In this document: positions 35,515 through 48,459 of the stretch, in pieces
Layout of the letters: the number at the start of each line of letters is the position of its first letter
How positions within the stretch are numbered: position 1 is the stretch's first letter
Origin: Macrostomum lignano
Lineage: Eukaryota
Assembly: GCA_002269645.1 (NCBI GenBank)
Contig: NIVC01002433.1
Span: 1 to 64,000, forward strand
DNA length: 64,000 nucleotides
Direction of reading: 5' to 3'
Position numbers and translations under genes: made by a program
The notes under the pieces: model-generated
What the model was told of the DNA's origin: nothing
The model's database searches: none
The model's input: the letters and a program-made list of their open reading frames with translations, nothing else

Positions 35515-35991
35515 ATGGACAAACAGCCCATCCAAAGCAAGCCCAATCGGCATGGTGAGATGAAACTATTCAATATTCACCTGGACATGCTGGATGCGCC
35601 ACGAATTCCAGCTAATGTAGTGACGCACTTGACAACGAAGCGCATCCTGGCTGACGACAATAACCCAATATGGCTCCTCTCAGACTACAACATTCTACGT
35701 AACCGCACAACAATCTTCTTTCACTATGGGGAACAAGACGCGTTCACCTGCGTCATAATCAAGGTTCTTTGCCGTACTCTAGCCGTCAATCTGATTCACC
35801 CTTGGGGCCCGCAACCCAATGCGATATACACCACGTTATTTAATTACTTGTCCCACGTGCTGGCCTATCATGGAATACAGAGTAGTCGCCACGAAATGAC
35901 AAAACTAGTAGTCCGAACGTATTCACCGGCGCTGCTCCAGTGGCCACAACTAAAGACGGCACTGGAAGCCTCGCTAGCGCCTACTCTTTAG
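35515..35991 (+). CDS. Unknown 158-aa ORF 3' of Gypsy 2 pol
   Basis: ATG-initiated, globular-looking composition, no recognised family. Confidence 0.4.
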   Translation: MDKQPIQSKPNRHGEMKLFNIHLDMLDAPRIPANVVTHLTTKRILADDNNPIWLLSDYNILRNRTTIFFHYGEQDAFTCVIIKVLCRTLAVNLIHPWGPQPNAIYTTLFNYLSHVLAYHGIQSSRHEMTKLVVRTYSPALLQWPQLKTALEASLAPTL

Positions 35992-36440
35992 TAGGGATTT
36001 CGGGACGCGAAAGTGTAAGGGCATAAGGAGAAACGAGAGCAGAGACACTGACACAATGGTAGGACAGATGGGTCGTCACGACCGGAAGTCTTATCCTTGT
36101 GGCACTCTCACTCGAGGTGCAATCCTAAGGCAAGAACCAGTCTCACGGAAAGAACTTTGGGAAGCGTCTCGCTACCTGAAGATTCTGACCGGTGAACTAG
36201 TTGAAGCCAGCCCCGTCAATCAAAGCAAACCCAAACTTAGAATAACCAAGTACAAAGGCAAGGCACTACCAAATTCCATGATCCAGCACTCATTGTTTTA
36301 TTGTACAAAAATAGTAACCAGCACCATTACTCACTCCTACACGTTAAGCACTGCACAACAGTCAATAGCAAAAAATCCAACAAGGGGGATAAGGATAGAC
36401 AAGAAAAAGCACACGATTATGAAGTAGCATAGGAAAATTG

Positions 36441-36698
36441 TCAAATTGTCACGACGGTGGACTCGGCTAGGGGGCTCCGACGTCGCCGGCAGCAGACGAA
36501 CAGCAGAACGAGGCCGAGGATCACGAAGACCAGGCCTCCGGCCCCCAGACCGCCAGAGAGTCCACGAACGGTCAGGAGGCCGCTTTCAAGGGACGTCGTC
36601 CGAGCTATTTCCACGGCCAGGTGGGCCTCTAGGCGGCTGACTCGGGCCTCCAGATGAGACAGGAGCTCAATGAGCTGGGCAACCTCATAGCGAGACAT
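36441..36698 (-). CDS. Antisense 85-aa ORF: coiled coil, one transmembrane helix, CCRRRR
   Basis: LIELLSHLEARVSRLEAHL heptads; GLVFVILGLVLLFV hydrophobic stretch followed by a basic stop-transfer. Confidence 0.5.
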   Translation of the reverse strand: MSRYEVAQLIELLSHLEARVSRLEAHLAVEIARTTSLESGLLTVRGLSGGLGAGGLVFVILGLVLLFVCCRRRRSPLAESTVVTI

Positions 36699-37750
36699 GA
36701 ATTGAAATATGCGAGTGACAAGAATGAAGCTAGCGATTCGTAATAACGAAGACTAAAAGCTGAAGATAGTCGCTTTAGAAGGAGCAGGGAACCCCAGTGA
36801 GGAATTGATATAACACCGCCTCAGAAGGACGAAGAGAAAGCAAAAATTACAGCCACCCCCTCCGCCGCGGGGAGCGGACCTAAATGTACACTGCGAGAGG
36901 GACAGTAAAACCACCCGTGTCGCCCCAAACCCTCCACGAGACTAAAAATAGCAACAAAAGGCCCCACAGAAGTCACAAGTCGAGATTATGTTAGTTCAAC
37001 CACGGCCCCAACAGAAATAAGATACTGGCGACAGCGGATAACAAACAAACCACACTCGAGAATCGAGATTGATACAAGCAGGGGAAACAGCTAAAATCAG
37101 AATACACACAATATTATAACCAATTGCTATAATGATATAACTAGAGTGAGGCGCTGGAACAAGAATCAAAACTCGTGCATACTCACGACATAGTTATCCA
37201 TATATTTATTAAAATGTTTGATTACCCATTTACCCTAATTTCAGATCTCAAACGTCTTATATGCTCACAGACCTACTGGTAGTAGGTTGATTAGCAACTC
37301 GAGAATAATTTAGGAAGACAATAGGCCGCATCAACTTGACCAGTCACAGAATTTTCAAAAGGGGGATGATATAAGACTTAGAAATCTGAAACGAATTCAA
37401 GAGAGCTCTAGGATAAAATCAGGCAGAAAATAGCAACAGTAGAGAGGGCAAGCAACTGACAGCAGAGAGGTTAGATGAGGACACGCCCGGAGCTCACCCT
37501 TTCATTACAGCGCGAACGCGGCCCGGACCGACAGCAAAACTGGAACTGGTTGGAACCGGCCCGCGGGGGAGACTGATGAGGAGTTGACCTGGACCCCGCC
37601 TGGAGACGAAAGCCGGAGAAGGCCGGGACCGCACAAGAAGACTGGATCGATGAAGGGGAAAGGGATAACGAACAGTAGGAAAGAGATCTCGGTAAAAGCG
37701 CAAACACTTCCTAACTTAGCAAATGCGTTTCAGGGCTGCCCCCCGCTACC

Positions 37751-38232
37751 ATAGAAAAGGGGTTGGTGTGCCTACCAACCAACTAGCTCAAGGCTTATGA
37801 GTTATGACTGTGCTAGAGTTGAGGCTGTGACCTCGTTCAGGACAAATCCTCTTGCTTGCCGTTGCTAAGTTTTTCATCCCCTCGGTTTCGAGAATATTAT
37901 ATAAGTCGGAGCGGAGCGCGGAAAAACGCACCCCGCGGTTTTGCTAGAGAGTTAGCTTGGAGCTCCGTTAGGTTAACCTACCAGATAAACATACTGTGTT
38001 CGAGTTCTTTCTTGGTCTGATATCCGATCACCGTGGTGAGGATCGAGGAGGGAATTATAGCCGCCAGCCGGGAAACTGAGTATCGATAGTCGTCAGTAGT
38101 TATAGCCTTCAAGTCAACGGACTGCCACAAAACCGCTAGACTACCTATAGGAAAACATAAAGCTGAAGACACATAGAGAAGCCAGATACGAACGACACGT
38201 GAAGAGCTATACAGAAGTTGCGCTCGGCGGCA
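37751..38232 (+). mobile_element. Candidate polypurine tract and 3' LTR of Gypsy 2
   Basis: ATAGAAAAGGGG tract at 37751, then TGCC (37769)...GGCA (38232) inverted ends, TATA-like TATTATATAAG near 37896. No partner LTR to confirm. Confidence 0.4.
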
Positions 38233-38249
38233 GTGGTACGTAATTTAAT

Positions 38250-41200
38250 GCGATGCTCGATTGTCGACATTGAATCTGCTGCAGCTGGCTGCCACTACGA
38301 GACATTTGTCTGTCTGCTTTCCTCGTGTGGAGCAAACATAGGCAACATTTGTCACGGATCGTAAGTTTATAGACAGAGATATGTATTTACAATCAGAAAA
38401 AATCTGCATTCTTCTCCCCACATTCAATTCGCAACGCAAAGCGTTGAAACCAGATCCCTTTTTAACTTTTAGATGTGATGTAAATTGTAAGTTTTTATTG
38501 TTTTACATACCCGTAAATGACGCACTTTTTGAACAAGCATTAACAAAAAAGCATGAACGTCCCCCGATTTCACATCATCCAGGGACTTTGGGCGGGAGCT
38601 TTGGCATGTGTTCGAAGCTTGCCTCGATGAAAGCACGGTGAGCTTTCTGCGCCGTCCACTGCCGTCGACTGGTCGACCGCCTTGCTTCAGCGTCACGTGC
38701 GACAAGAGCATGCCAGGTAAACTGTTTAACTAGACCTCTCTGGACGCTTTAGGATAGTTTTCGTCAAGAAGATGGGATGTTATTTTGTTGTACCTGGGTG
38801 GGTAGTGTGGAACACACTAACGGCATAAAACAACCAAATCTTTCTACTATAATTGTAAATTATACTAATTATAATTATGAGCTTTACTCATAATTAATAA
38901 AGCACCAACGACTCGATTGCCTAGAGGCTGCTTAGCAGACTAAATCACATTAATCTTGACAAGCAGTTTATTTCAGAGAGCAATTTTCATTTCATTTACA
39001 GGCCGGATCACCAATCAGGCTGTTTTACTTCTGGCCCGCTGTGACACAGGTGCAGCTGTCGCTATCCCTGGCGGAGCTCCGGCCGTTTATGAAGACGACA
39101 TGGATGCAACAGGTGCCTCTTTGGCTAACCGCCTGTTTGCAGGCATTGCTAGGTTCGACCCTCCGCTAGGACAGTTGGTTGGTGTCGTTGCTGATGGTCA
39201 ATACCAGACTGCTCCCTTCAAAACAGCGGTGCGCAACAAGCTTAAAGTTGCTCAAGTTGGGGGCACTGTTCCGGTCAATTGGGACGCCAGCCACTTTATT
39301 AACTTGGCTGTCAACGAGGTGCGGGATGGACCAGATGGCAAACCCCTACGCATTTTCATTCGCCGAGCGAATCAATTTGCACAACATTTTGGTCATGGAC
39401 GGGGATTTGCTGTTCTGGAGGTAAAAAATACCAGAAATCTGGGTAAGGGTTATACATATAATTTGCATTTATACTTTAACTCTGCGCACTCTCACACTCA
39501 GGCCACCTCAGAGTTGTCTGCGCGGGTTGTGCCAACCTTCGCCACGCAACGATTCCTGAGTTTTGCGATGAAACAGTGGGATGCCATTGTGGAGTCCTAT
39601 GGTAATCTTCGCGCGGCGTTCATCCAGGAGTATAGCTCCAATGAGAACGAAACTCTGCAGTATGAGATGTTCAGAAGCGACTTTGTTGCTGACATTCTCT
39701 GCCTGCTAGATCTGCTCGGCCCGGTGCGCGCGCTGATGATTCTAGTGCAAAACACTCAGCTGCTGCACTGGAAAGTTGCAACTCTGTGGGAAGACATTGC
39801 CGAGTATCTGCGAGTCCGCGGAGAGGCTTTTCGCAGGGAGGGCTATCCCCAGTATGACCGCTGTGCAGACGACATCCATCCTGGTGGAAAGTTTACGGGC
39901 GCAGAGCTGCTCAAAGGCTGGCTCGTAGAGACACAGCAGGCTGATAGAGTGGCCAGCGGCAGCCGATGCAAGCCACCACGTATCCAATGGACATACCGCG
40001 AGCAGGCAGTAAGTATTATGTGCACTTGCTGTTTGTTTATTGGTTGTATGTATCCGAATTGCAAAAATCCTAATTCTATTTGAGCCCATCTAATTTCATA
40101 ACAAGCTTATTTCATTCACAAAAAAAAAATTAACCCATGCAACCGCTACTGATACTGTCGCAGCCTGAATTATTAGTATTTTCCCCATGAATGCAGGATA
40201 TTGAGGCAGATATCTGACATCTCGCTGCCGCCCTGCACCAAGCTTTTGTTGCCAAGATGCAGCGCTGCATGGATGACAGTCTTAAGGACTACATCGTTTG
40301 ACGTTGCGAACGTTATCACTATACTGGCTTCCCCGGACAGCAAGGTGGCACTTGAGAAAGCAGCCTCACAGCCATGTTGTACGCAGCTTGTCGAACAAGC
40401 ATCCGGCTTCGCACACCTGTCGGACCTGAACCCCAAGCTCTCACAAAAGTACATTTTGGCATACATGGATGCGATCAAGCATGTAAGACAAGTACATTTT
40501 GTATCATATTTCTTAGAAGGGGATTAGTAGAAGAAAAAATTTCTTTGTTCATGTCAATCATTTATATGGCTACCAAATGTGAGGTTTACTCCCTTATATG
40601 TACAAATGCATGATAATTAATGACACAAGAAAAACTTGGTTCACATTAACAACTAAGAAAAATATTGCTTTTATAACCAATTTTTAGGTGTCGCTTATAG
40701 GCGACGGTCGTGAAGGCTGGCTTAGCCCGACAATTGAAGGAAAAATCGTTCAGCTGCGTGCTTCGCCCTTTAGCCTTTCTGACCTCCGTCTGCGGTTATG
40801 TGGTACGATGCACACTGGTATCAACTTTACCACCATGCTCGACGAAGCCGCCGTGTACCGATTGTTTTATTCAAACTCGCGAGTCTACAAACTTGCAGGA
40901 AAGCAAGCTTGCTCGCTTCTCGACTTTGCTCTGCATTGCGGAGGCACCGGTAGGCCATATGTTCGCCATATATGTTGACTGAATTGGCAATGCATGTAAA
41001 CATAATATATCAATGTATAAACAAACTGAAATCCTCTCTCCCTTTTTCTCTCAGAGTCTATAGTCGAGAGTTTTTACTTCACTATGCGTGCGCAGCAATG
41101 CTACGGCGGCCAGTCTAACAACACGCTGCAGCAGCGAGCAAAGCTTCGCTGGATGCTGCCACCCATAGGCAGCCTCGCCTGCGAGCACTTTCTAGACGCC

Positions 41201-41250
41201 GCTGCAAAGAAATACTTTGCTGGTGACACCAGCAGAAGCATCCACTGTCA
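38250..41250 (+). pseudogene. Intron-containing hAT-like transposase
   Basis: FSVTCDKSMP|GRITNQAVLL (first Asp), VVADGQY (second Asp), VNWDASH (CxxH-equivalent), FATQRF, and ESIVESFYFTM...QSNNTLQQRAKLRW; GT-AG introns. Confidence 0.65.
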
Positions 41251-41426
41251 CCGGGTGCCTTTCTTTGTAGTGGGCTTGTGCGCCAACAATTATAGTGTCA
41301 GCAAAGTTGTGGACAAGCGGAAGACGGCAACTTCTCGCTGTCCATTTGTTGGCGCGGTTATAGAATGCAATTAATGACTTAACTTGTCTTAATTTTTGCG
41401 ATATAAAAGTGACATTGTTTAGAATG

Positions 41427-41610
41427 AAACTGCAAAAAAAGGACCTTTATTGTCATAAGCACAAACTGCAAAAAATGTCCTTTATTGTCGCAAGCGCAGA
41501 CTGCAAAAAATGTCCTTTATTTTCGCAAGCACAAACTGCAAAAAATGTCCTTTATTGTTGCAAGCGCAAACTGCAAAAAAGGTCCTTTATTGTCGCAACT
41601 GCAAAAAAGG
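41427..41610. repeat. 35-bp tandem repeat, 5-6 copies
   Basis: AAACTGCAAAAAATGTCCTTTATTGTCGCAAGCGC; CTGC anchors at 41466, 41501, 41536 and 41571. Confidence 0.88.
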
Positions 41611-43789
41611 TGGCTTACCATTGGCGCATTATATAACGAAAGAGGCTTTTTTTCCAGCATACCATGCTGCACCATCTGAATTATGGACATTGACGTGATG
41701 CAAATGTTTGTCTGGGTTAGAACCCCTACTGTCACATTTCATTGAAATAATTTTTATTGAATTCTCATTGATACCATAATCAATTAATAAACTGAGGTTA
41801 CATTACCATAGGCAAAGAATATAGCTTTTTGGTGATTTTTTTTTGCTTTTTTATTATTTTGGGCATCTACAAATTGTCTGGTAAAATTAAAAAACCCCGG
41901 AAAATTGGAAGTATTTTATCAACATAAACTTGAGGAAGGCTAAATTATAGAACATTACTTCTATATAATTTTTTAGATTAAATCATACAGTTCTATAAAT
42001 AATATTATTTTTAAATAGTAAAGGTGCTTTTTGTTTAAAATTCATTTTATAAAATGTTATCAACAACATAATTACTTAAATTATAAATTGTTTTTCATAT
42101 ATTGATTAATTTGAGATAATGAGATATAGCCATAGGATACTTACTATAGTCTATATAAAACTAATCTACACTATTATTATTAGGCCTAATTTCATTTTTA
42201 GTATTATGCATTAAGCTAGGCCTAGGCTATACTACTACTAAATAAGGCCAAATACACTAATAGGCTACGCCTAGAAGTAGAAGTAGGCCTACTCATTATA
42301 ACTAACTAAATTTAAGTCACATTGAAAATAATGCAATGTAACATTTTTAAAAAAGAACAAAAACAGAACTTACTTGAGATTGAGACAAAGTAGGCCATTG
42401 ATTGCTCCTGGGTCCTGGTTAGTCTGGTCTGGCTTGGTGTTTTCCTGACTTTCCGAACGAACGAATAGAGACGCACAGGCTGCGCGATTGAATGGCTGAA
42501 AATCCGCCTAACGGAATATGTTACAAAGCGTGTTAAAACAAATTTTTACTGCTTTAAAAACTAAATAAACATCAATGTTTAAAAAACTCCAACTAAAATA
42601 CTATATTGTTTCAACCTTTTCTTTTTTATTTATAAGTTTTGGTAGAAACAAGTACTAAAATAAAAGCAAATATTAAAAAACTACTGTTTGATCGAGCAGC
42701 TCGATCTCTCATTATCGTTTGTATGTGATAATGTAACGATAACGATGTGAAGTAAGAACTCTTTTAAATTTGAAAAAATAAACTATTAAATATGTAGAAT
42801 AAATAAACAAAGCAACAAGTAGACATTTATAAAATAATGTTTCGTTCTTTTTACACTTGATAAAGGCAGTAGTTAACTACAGTTTTTAAAGTTAACTACA
42901 ATTACTTTGAACTCAAAAATTTTGTGTTAATTTAATAAGCTAATTAATATCAATTCAAATAATGGTGTTAATTTACGCCAAAAATTCGTAAAAGTTTAAT
43001 TGGTCCTTTAACATGGGTTTTGAATATTACATGTGAAATAAAAACATATATTAATTGAGATAAAAATATTATATAAGATAAGATAAATGTAATTTATAAG
43101 ATTGTGGTGTTAGTTCTCCAGAAGAATACATGTAATTGTCATTAAAAATTCTATCAATAACTTAATACAGTCAATACGTGAATCCGGATCGTATTGTAAT
43201 GCACCTTGAATGATTAATTGTAATTTCTCTGCAATTTGTCTCCTTACAAATCTAATTTATCACATATTATACATGTAAATATGTTGCACAATTAGATATA
43301 ATTCTTAGCTTGCATGTGATCAGGGACATCAGCGCGTCGCTATGGATTTTATGGTGGGGGACAAAGTCAAGAATTCTAAATGACGAAATTCCTACATTAT
43401 TTTTGGGTATCGGTGTTGTTTACGTTAACACTCAATTTTGTTGCCACACAGACACTCATTTTGTTCATTTTGTAATAGCTTTTACTCAGGCCAGGGAGGG
43501 GGGGCATATGCACAGTTTTCCCGATATGTCGGTCCTTGACCCCCGTGGTGACGTGGGCCCTCCTTTGCATTTAATACATTTAAAGTACATTTTCGTAAAA
43601 TGAAACAAAGTACAAGCTGGAATAATTGCATATGAATTGAGTCTGCCGCGCCAGCATGAACCTCGGAAAAATAGGAAATTAAAGGAGTTACAACTCTGAA
43701 GGGCCGTAGAGACCTTTCACGACTCTGTGATCGAAAGGTCTCGGTCTTTACTCGCCGTTTGTTAGGGTTTTAAATTATTATGGCATTAT

Positions 43790-45180
43790 ATTGATTCAGT
43801 GCTAAGAGCAGCACTTCCTTTTGTCCTACGAACCTGTCGAGTCCCCAGCAGCTAGTTGACGCCATCATATCGCTCTATGGTGATACGCTGTGTTGGTGAC
43901 GGCAGACGGGGCTTGTCTGACCTGTCTGAAACTTCGTTTAGGAGTGCTACACAGAGCGACACATTCAGCGCCGTTTCTCTTCGTGCTGCTCCTGGATTGT
44001 GCAGCTCCGGAACGCACCCCCTTCAGCAGGCGACGGCTTCCTGCTGCGCAGACACATCGGTCGCAGCCACAATGAGAAGCGCCTCAGGGTTTCTGAGCTA
44101 CGCCGACGACCTCACACTCCTGTCCTCGACTGTTGATGGAGCACAGCGCTAGATTAAGGTTGGTCGAGGTGGCATCAAAGCGTGGGCCTATCTATCGACA
44201 CGCTGAAGACCGAGGCGCTGACATGACCATCTCAGCGAGCCGATATCCCAGCGGAGCTGACATGCTGTCTGGTGCCCAACGTTTAGGACGAAATTCGGCG
44301 ACGCAGATCTGATCGAGAGGACTTGCCTGGACAGCCTACCGGTCGATTCGCGTCATCCTTCAGTCCAAAGCGCTTCCCGATCGTCAGAGGGCTCGGCTGT
44401 TGAGACTGTCTTGCTCGACAACGCTGAGACGTGGATGTTTAAGGGACGCTAGAATTCGCGCGAATGGATTTTGCGCTAATTGTTTTCTGCGCGCCAGGAT
44501 TTTGCGCGAATCGGATGATTTTAGGCGACTTGAAATTGAATCGACTACATCATTTCTCGCGACTTATTTCGCGCGACGTAGAATTCAAGCGACTGTATTT
44601 CGCGCAACCGGATTTCGATCGACTGGATTTAAATCCAGTCGTGGGAAATCCAGTCGCTAGTAGAAAGAAGTCGCGCGCTTCAATTCCAGGTCGTGCAATT
44701 TCCAGTCGCGCAAATCCAGTTGCGCGAATTCTAGCGTCCCGATGTTAACGGCCACGCTGGAGCAACAGCTAGACAATTGGAGCACTCGGCCCGCGGGGCT
44801 GCTCCATGCATTCAGGCTGACAAAAGCGTCCTGTCCAAGGACCTGTGCGAGAGGACGCACAGCTGCAAGACAAAAAATACATGTACCACCCTACGCCGAG
44901 ACGGCGACTCCAACTACTGACAGGCGCTACGTCATCTGGGCTATTGCCCAAGCCTGTCCAGGACATCCTGCCGCTCACTTTGCGGGAACCGTTCAGGTGG
45001 GCTCAAGCGATCGAGGACACGGAGATACGTGGACTTCATCCTGAGCATCCGAGGCGCCCGACACTGTCGATCAATGGGCCGGACAATTGATTCTTTGCCT
45101 GCTGGCGCTTTGTTAACCTGACGCTCCCTCCACTGACTACTGGGGCGACTGCATATTTTTTGTTGCTGTTGTTCTAATCT
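43790..45180 (+). mobile_element. Decayed RTE-like LINE 3' fragment
   Basis: Degenerate G.LQGD...FVLLLD, SYADDLTLLSST, ETWMLTATLEQQLD and RRRLQL motifs. Confidence 0.7.
44443..44740. mobile_element. 298-bp MITE inserted in the RTE fragment
   Basis: TIR GGGACGCTAGAATTCGCGC (19 bp perfect, about 33 bp imperfect); flanks GATGTTTAA and GATGTTAA (8-bp TSD with one extra T). Confidence 0.88.
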
Positions 45181-45310
45181 ACGAGTATAAGCTAGTTATT
45201 TTACAAATTCAACGCTACAAACCTTTGTAGCTACAAAATCGTACAGTTTCTGACGTTTCAACATCACGCTATGCAAGATTGGAGACGTGCGCTGAAGAAA
45301 CAGTAAGGTC

Positions 45311-45666
45311 AGGAGGGCCGTAGCCCAGCGGTAGCGCAGCTGCTCTGGTGTGCCAGCGACCCAGGCTCGATTCCAAGTGCAGTCACATTAATTTGGGGCT
45401 GAATTGGAATCTCGGCTTGGCTCTGCTCGTGCAATTAACGGCCTTGAGAACCAACCCCCCAAGGCGCAGTGAAGTGTACATGCCTAACGATAATATAAAG
45501 TTAGGGTCGCTGTACACTCCTGTGTGAGTGTGTGCCTGCGTACGTATCCGCGCGCTTGTGTGCCTGCTCAGGGGAGTCGGCGGAATGGGCAGTAATGCCT
45601 CTCGCCGGTTGTGTGCCTATGACGCTTAAAGTGCGTCAGGGTGCACAAACCCCCCTGCCTCTAATC
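45311..45666 (+). mobile_element. tRNA-derived SINE with 13-bp TSD
   Basis: A box TAGCCCAGCGGTAG, B box GGCTCGATTCC; TSD AAACAGTAAGGTC at 45298-45310 and 45667-45679. Confidence 0.88.
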
Positions 45667-45835
45667 AAACAGTAAGGTCTGTGAAGCTGATTTTTTATAT
45701 AAACACAGATTTCAAATGGTAAATTTTAGTTTCGAGTCAAAAATCCTTTTACTTTCAATTGTTTTTTTGCCAAATCGAACTTTTTGTTATTTTTTTCTTA
45801 TTGGAAACTGGAACTGAAAAACCGGTCATAAACGC

Positions 45836-46313
45836 GGTCTCCCTAAAACACGCACCGGCGGCCACCGGGTCTCCCTAAAACACACCCCACACCGCCCTGC
45901 AGCGCTACACATTAAAACAAATTGGACTATAACTGAAGACATTTCAAAATGCGTTTTCTGTTAAGCTTTAAGTTTTTATTAAATTTAGTTTTTTTTTACT
46001 TTGAAATATTATATTCGGTGAATAATAAGTGATATTATTAGTAATATTAATCAAATAATATTAATATAATTTAATAATAAAAACGAGAATATGAAAACTA
46101 ATAATATTATTTAAAATATTAACTAAAGTTATTTATTGCATTACTCGTACAACAAATAGTTTTCTCTGCGATCAAATACTGCATTGATAAAAAATTTTAT
46201 AATGTGTAGCGGTTCGGGGCGGTTCGGTGCGTGTTTTAGGGAGACCCCAAGCACCGCAACGGGCCCCAAACCGCTACACATTATAACATTTTTTGTCAAT
46301 GCAGTATTTGATT
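45836..46313. repeat. Foldback / nested inverted-repeat element
   Basis: GGTCTCCCTAAAACAC...GCTACACATT (45867-45913) inverted at 46201-46247; a second pair at 46170-46220 and 46262-46313. Confidence 0.75.
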
Positions 46314-46319
46314 AAAATT

Positions 46320-46700
46320 AAGCGCCCGCAACGCTTACCAGCCGGTCCAGCTTGTGATGGGCGCCCTCGACGGTCGAGGACAGCAGGGCGAGATCGTCAG
46401 CGTAGCCAAGCACACTGAACCGCCTCTCCGGTTGGCGTCGACCCACGCGTCGCCGCAGCACGAAGCCATCTTCGTTAGAAGAGAGAGCAGTCTGCAACAC
46501 ACCTAGTCAAGCACCAGGACGAACAGGAACTGCGCAAGCGTATAGGATGTCTCAAAGAAATCCGACAGGCCCTCCGGTGTTAGCACAGCAGCGCTCGTGC
46601 CTGGTACAGCGCCATGATGGCGGAAATCAGCTGCTCTGACGCGTTGTACGCACGAAGCACCATTGGGAGCATGGCCCTCACGACCCGTTTTTGGAATTGG
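46320..46700 (-). mobile_element. RTE-like RT fragment
   Basis: LAQFLFVLVLD...FSVLGYADDLALLSSTVEGA on the minus strand. Confidence 0.75.
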
Positions 46701-47271
46701 GGGAAGGGGAGGCAATTTGCTCGAATCATTACGAATGGTAACGTTGGTTAGACGATAATAATTAGCCATTAGTAAAATTTATTCTGGCATTGTGGCATTG
46801 ATCAAAGAGTGGGAAGAAGGGGAGTGGATGTCTGATGAGCAAAAGAGTAGAAATATCAGAGTTGCCAGGCTTATACGCATGTTCATAAACTTTTTTCCCT
46901 GAGTCAGCCGTTCCCAGTGGAATCCCTGATGCGTCCTGCATTATCTGTGTCCAGAAATAACTGCATGGTGAATTAGTCTTACCCTGTCCTCATAAAAGAT
47001 CTGAGAACTCTTAAAACGTCGAAACAGGTTTTTAGGGTGGCCTGTACTCGTACATGTACTTAATTTCAATGCCGTCAAAAAGCACTTGAGATTTTTTGTA
47101 AGAATTCAAAAGTCCACATGTCTACTGCACCTCCACCATGTTCTGATAACACTGCGCAGCTCCATCTATTGGTGTCTACTGCCACTCCTATCTCAAATAT
47201 ACTCCCTAATATAATATCATTACAGCTAGGGATCTTAGTTTCTGTCATGGTAATAATAACAATAAGAAAAA

Positions 47272-47494
47272 GAATTGCCGCAGGGTTCCGCTAACTCCTG
47301 AGCATACCCGTAGAAGCGTGCGGATACTGTATGTATGCAGGCGCGCACTCTCGTATGTACGGCTCACAACAGGTGTACAGAGGCCTTGACTCTCTCTAAT
47401 CGTTTGAATCTCTTTCGTGGCCCTCATTTGGGTTTGAATCGAACTCAGATCCCGGGCCGAAAGGCCGATTGCTACCAAAAACGTCTAGATCGCC
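47272..47494 (-). mobile_element. tRNA-derived SINE related to the copy at 45311
   Basis: Minus strand has GGTAG...GAGTTCGATTC boxes and the shared core TGTACAC..TGTGAG..GTATCCGC..TGCTCAGG.AGT..GCGGAA. Confidence 0.7.
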
Positions 47495-48459
47495 TTTTCT
47501 GCACTGGAAAACATTCGAAAAGTTATTGCAAAACTTTCGCTTTCGTGAAATGAAATCACACTATTTGCCATAAGCACATGCGAAATTTCTCGAAATTAGA
47601 CAAGTCAGGTTTGTTCCTAGAAAAAGTGTTTTTTGTATTCCATCACCAGGCTGACGTTTGTCAATTCCCACACTCTATATTTACTTTGTGGAACCTGATC
47701 TGTACACTGCGCAGTTGAGACCCACGCAGCTTTATCTCCTGAAATGTGGCGAAATCTGTTCAAATTCCGTTAGATTTATTTTGGCTTGATTATTTGAACG
47801 GTATTCAGATTCGGTCGTGAAACTCAACTAAGAAATCGACATCCAGCAACCAGTTTAACTGTTGAGATCGAGTTTGCCTCCGGCATCGCGCGGGTTGGTA
47901 CGGCATGTAAACATTCATCTTGGCAACTGCAAACTCTGATATTTAACACCGAACCAGATAGAGTTTGCCAGGCGAGTTCAGTGCTCAGCTCAGTTATAAA
48001 CTACTCTTAATTCTTGAGCGGAGAGCTACAAGCATTCTTAATTTGACTGTTCCGCTGTTAAATATGCGTATAAATTTATTTCAAATCCTGTCAATTGGTA
48101 AGACTTTTTTGCTTTTAATAGCCTTGAATTGGTTAATTATTGAGAATATGTAAATTAATGCTCCACTTAAATTGAAGCAAATAATGTAAAAACATGGCTA
48201 ATGTTAACCAAGGTTTTGTTATTTTCGAAACGAAATTAAGCTCTATGACTACCAATAGAGCTATAACAGAGGCAACACGTATCAAAAGATGATCGAACAT
48301 TGGGTCTGCCTGCTATCAAAAGAAATTAAAATTCTTTGCTGATACAATGAAAGCCTTCCATCTCCATAATGTATTGTTTACTCCTCGATCTGCAGGATGA
48401 ATATAGTTTATGTAATGTGGGATTAGCAAGTACATTATAAGAACTACTGTTTTCTCAGC

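Noticed and set aside
35515-36427. env gene of Gypsy 2
   Set aside because: No signal peptide, furin site, Cys-rich ectodomain or C-terminal TM in the sense ORFs.
45314-45386. Functional tRNA gene
   Set aside because: The cloverleaf is imperfect, it continues into a body shared with other copies, and it is bounded by a 13-bp TSD, so it is a SINE head.
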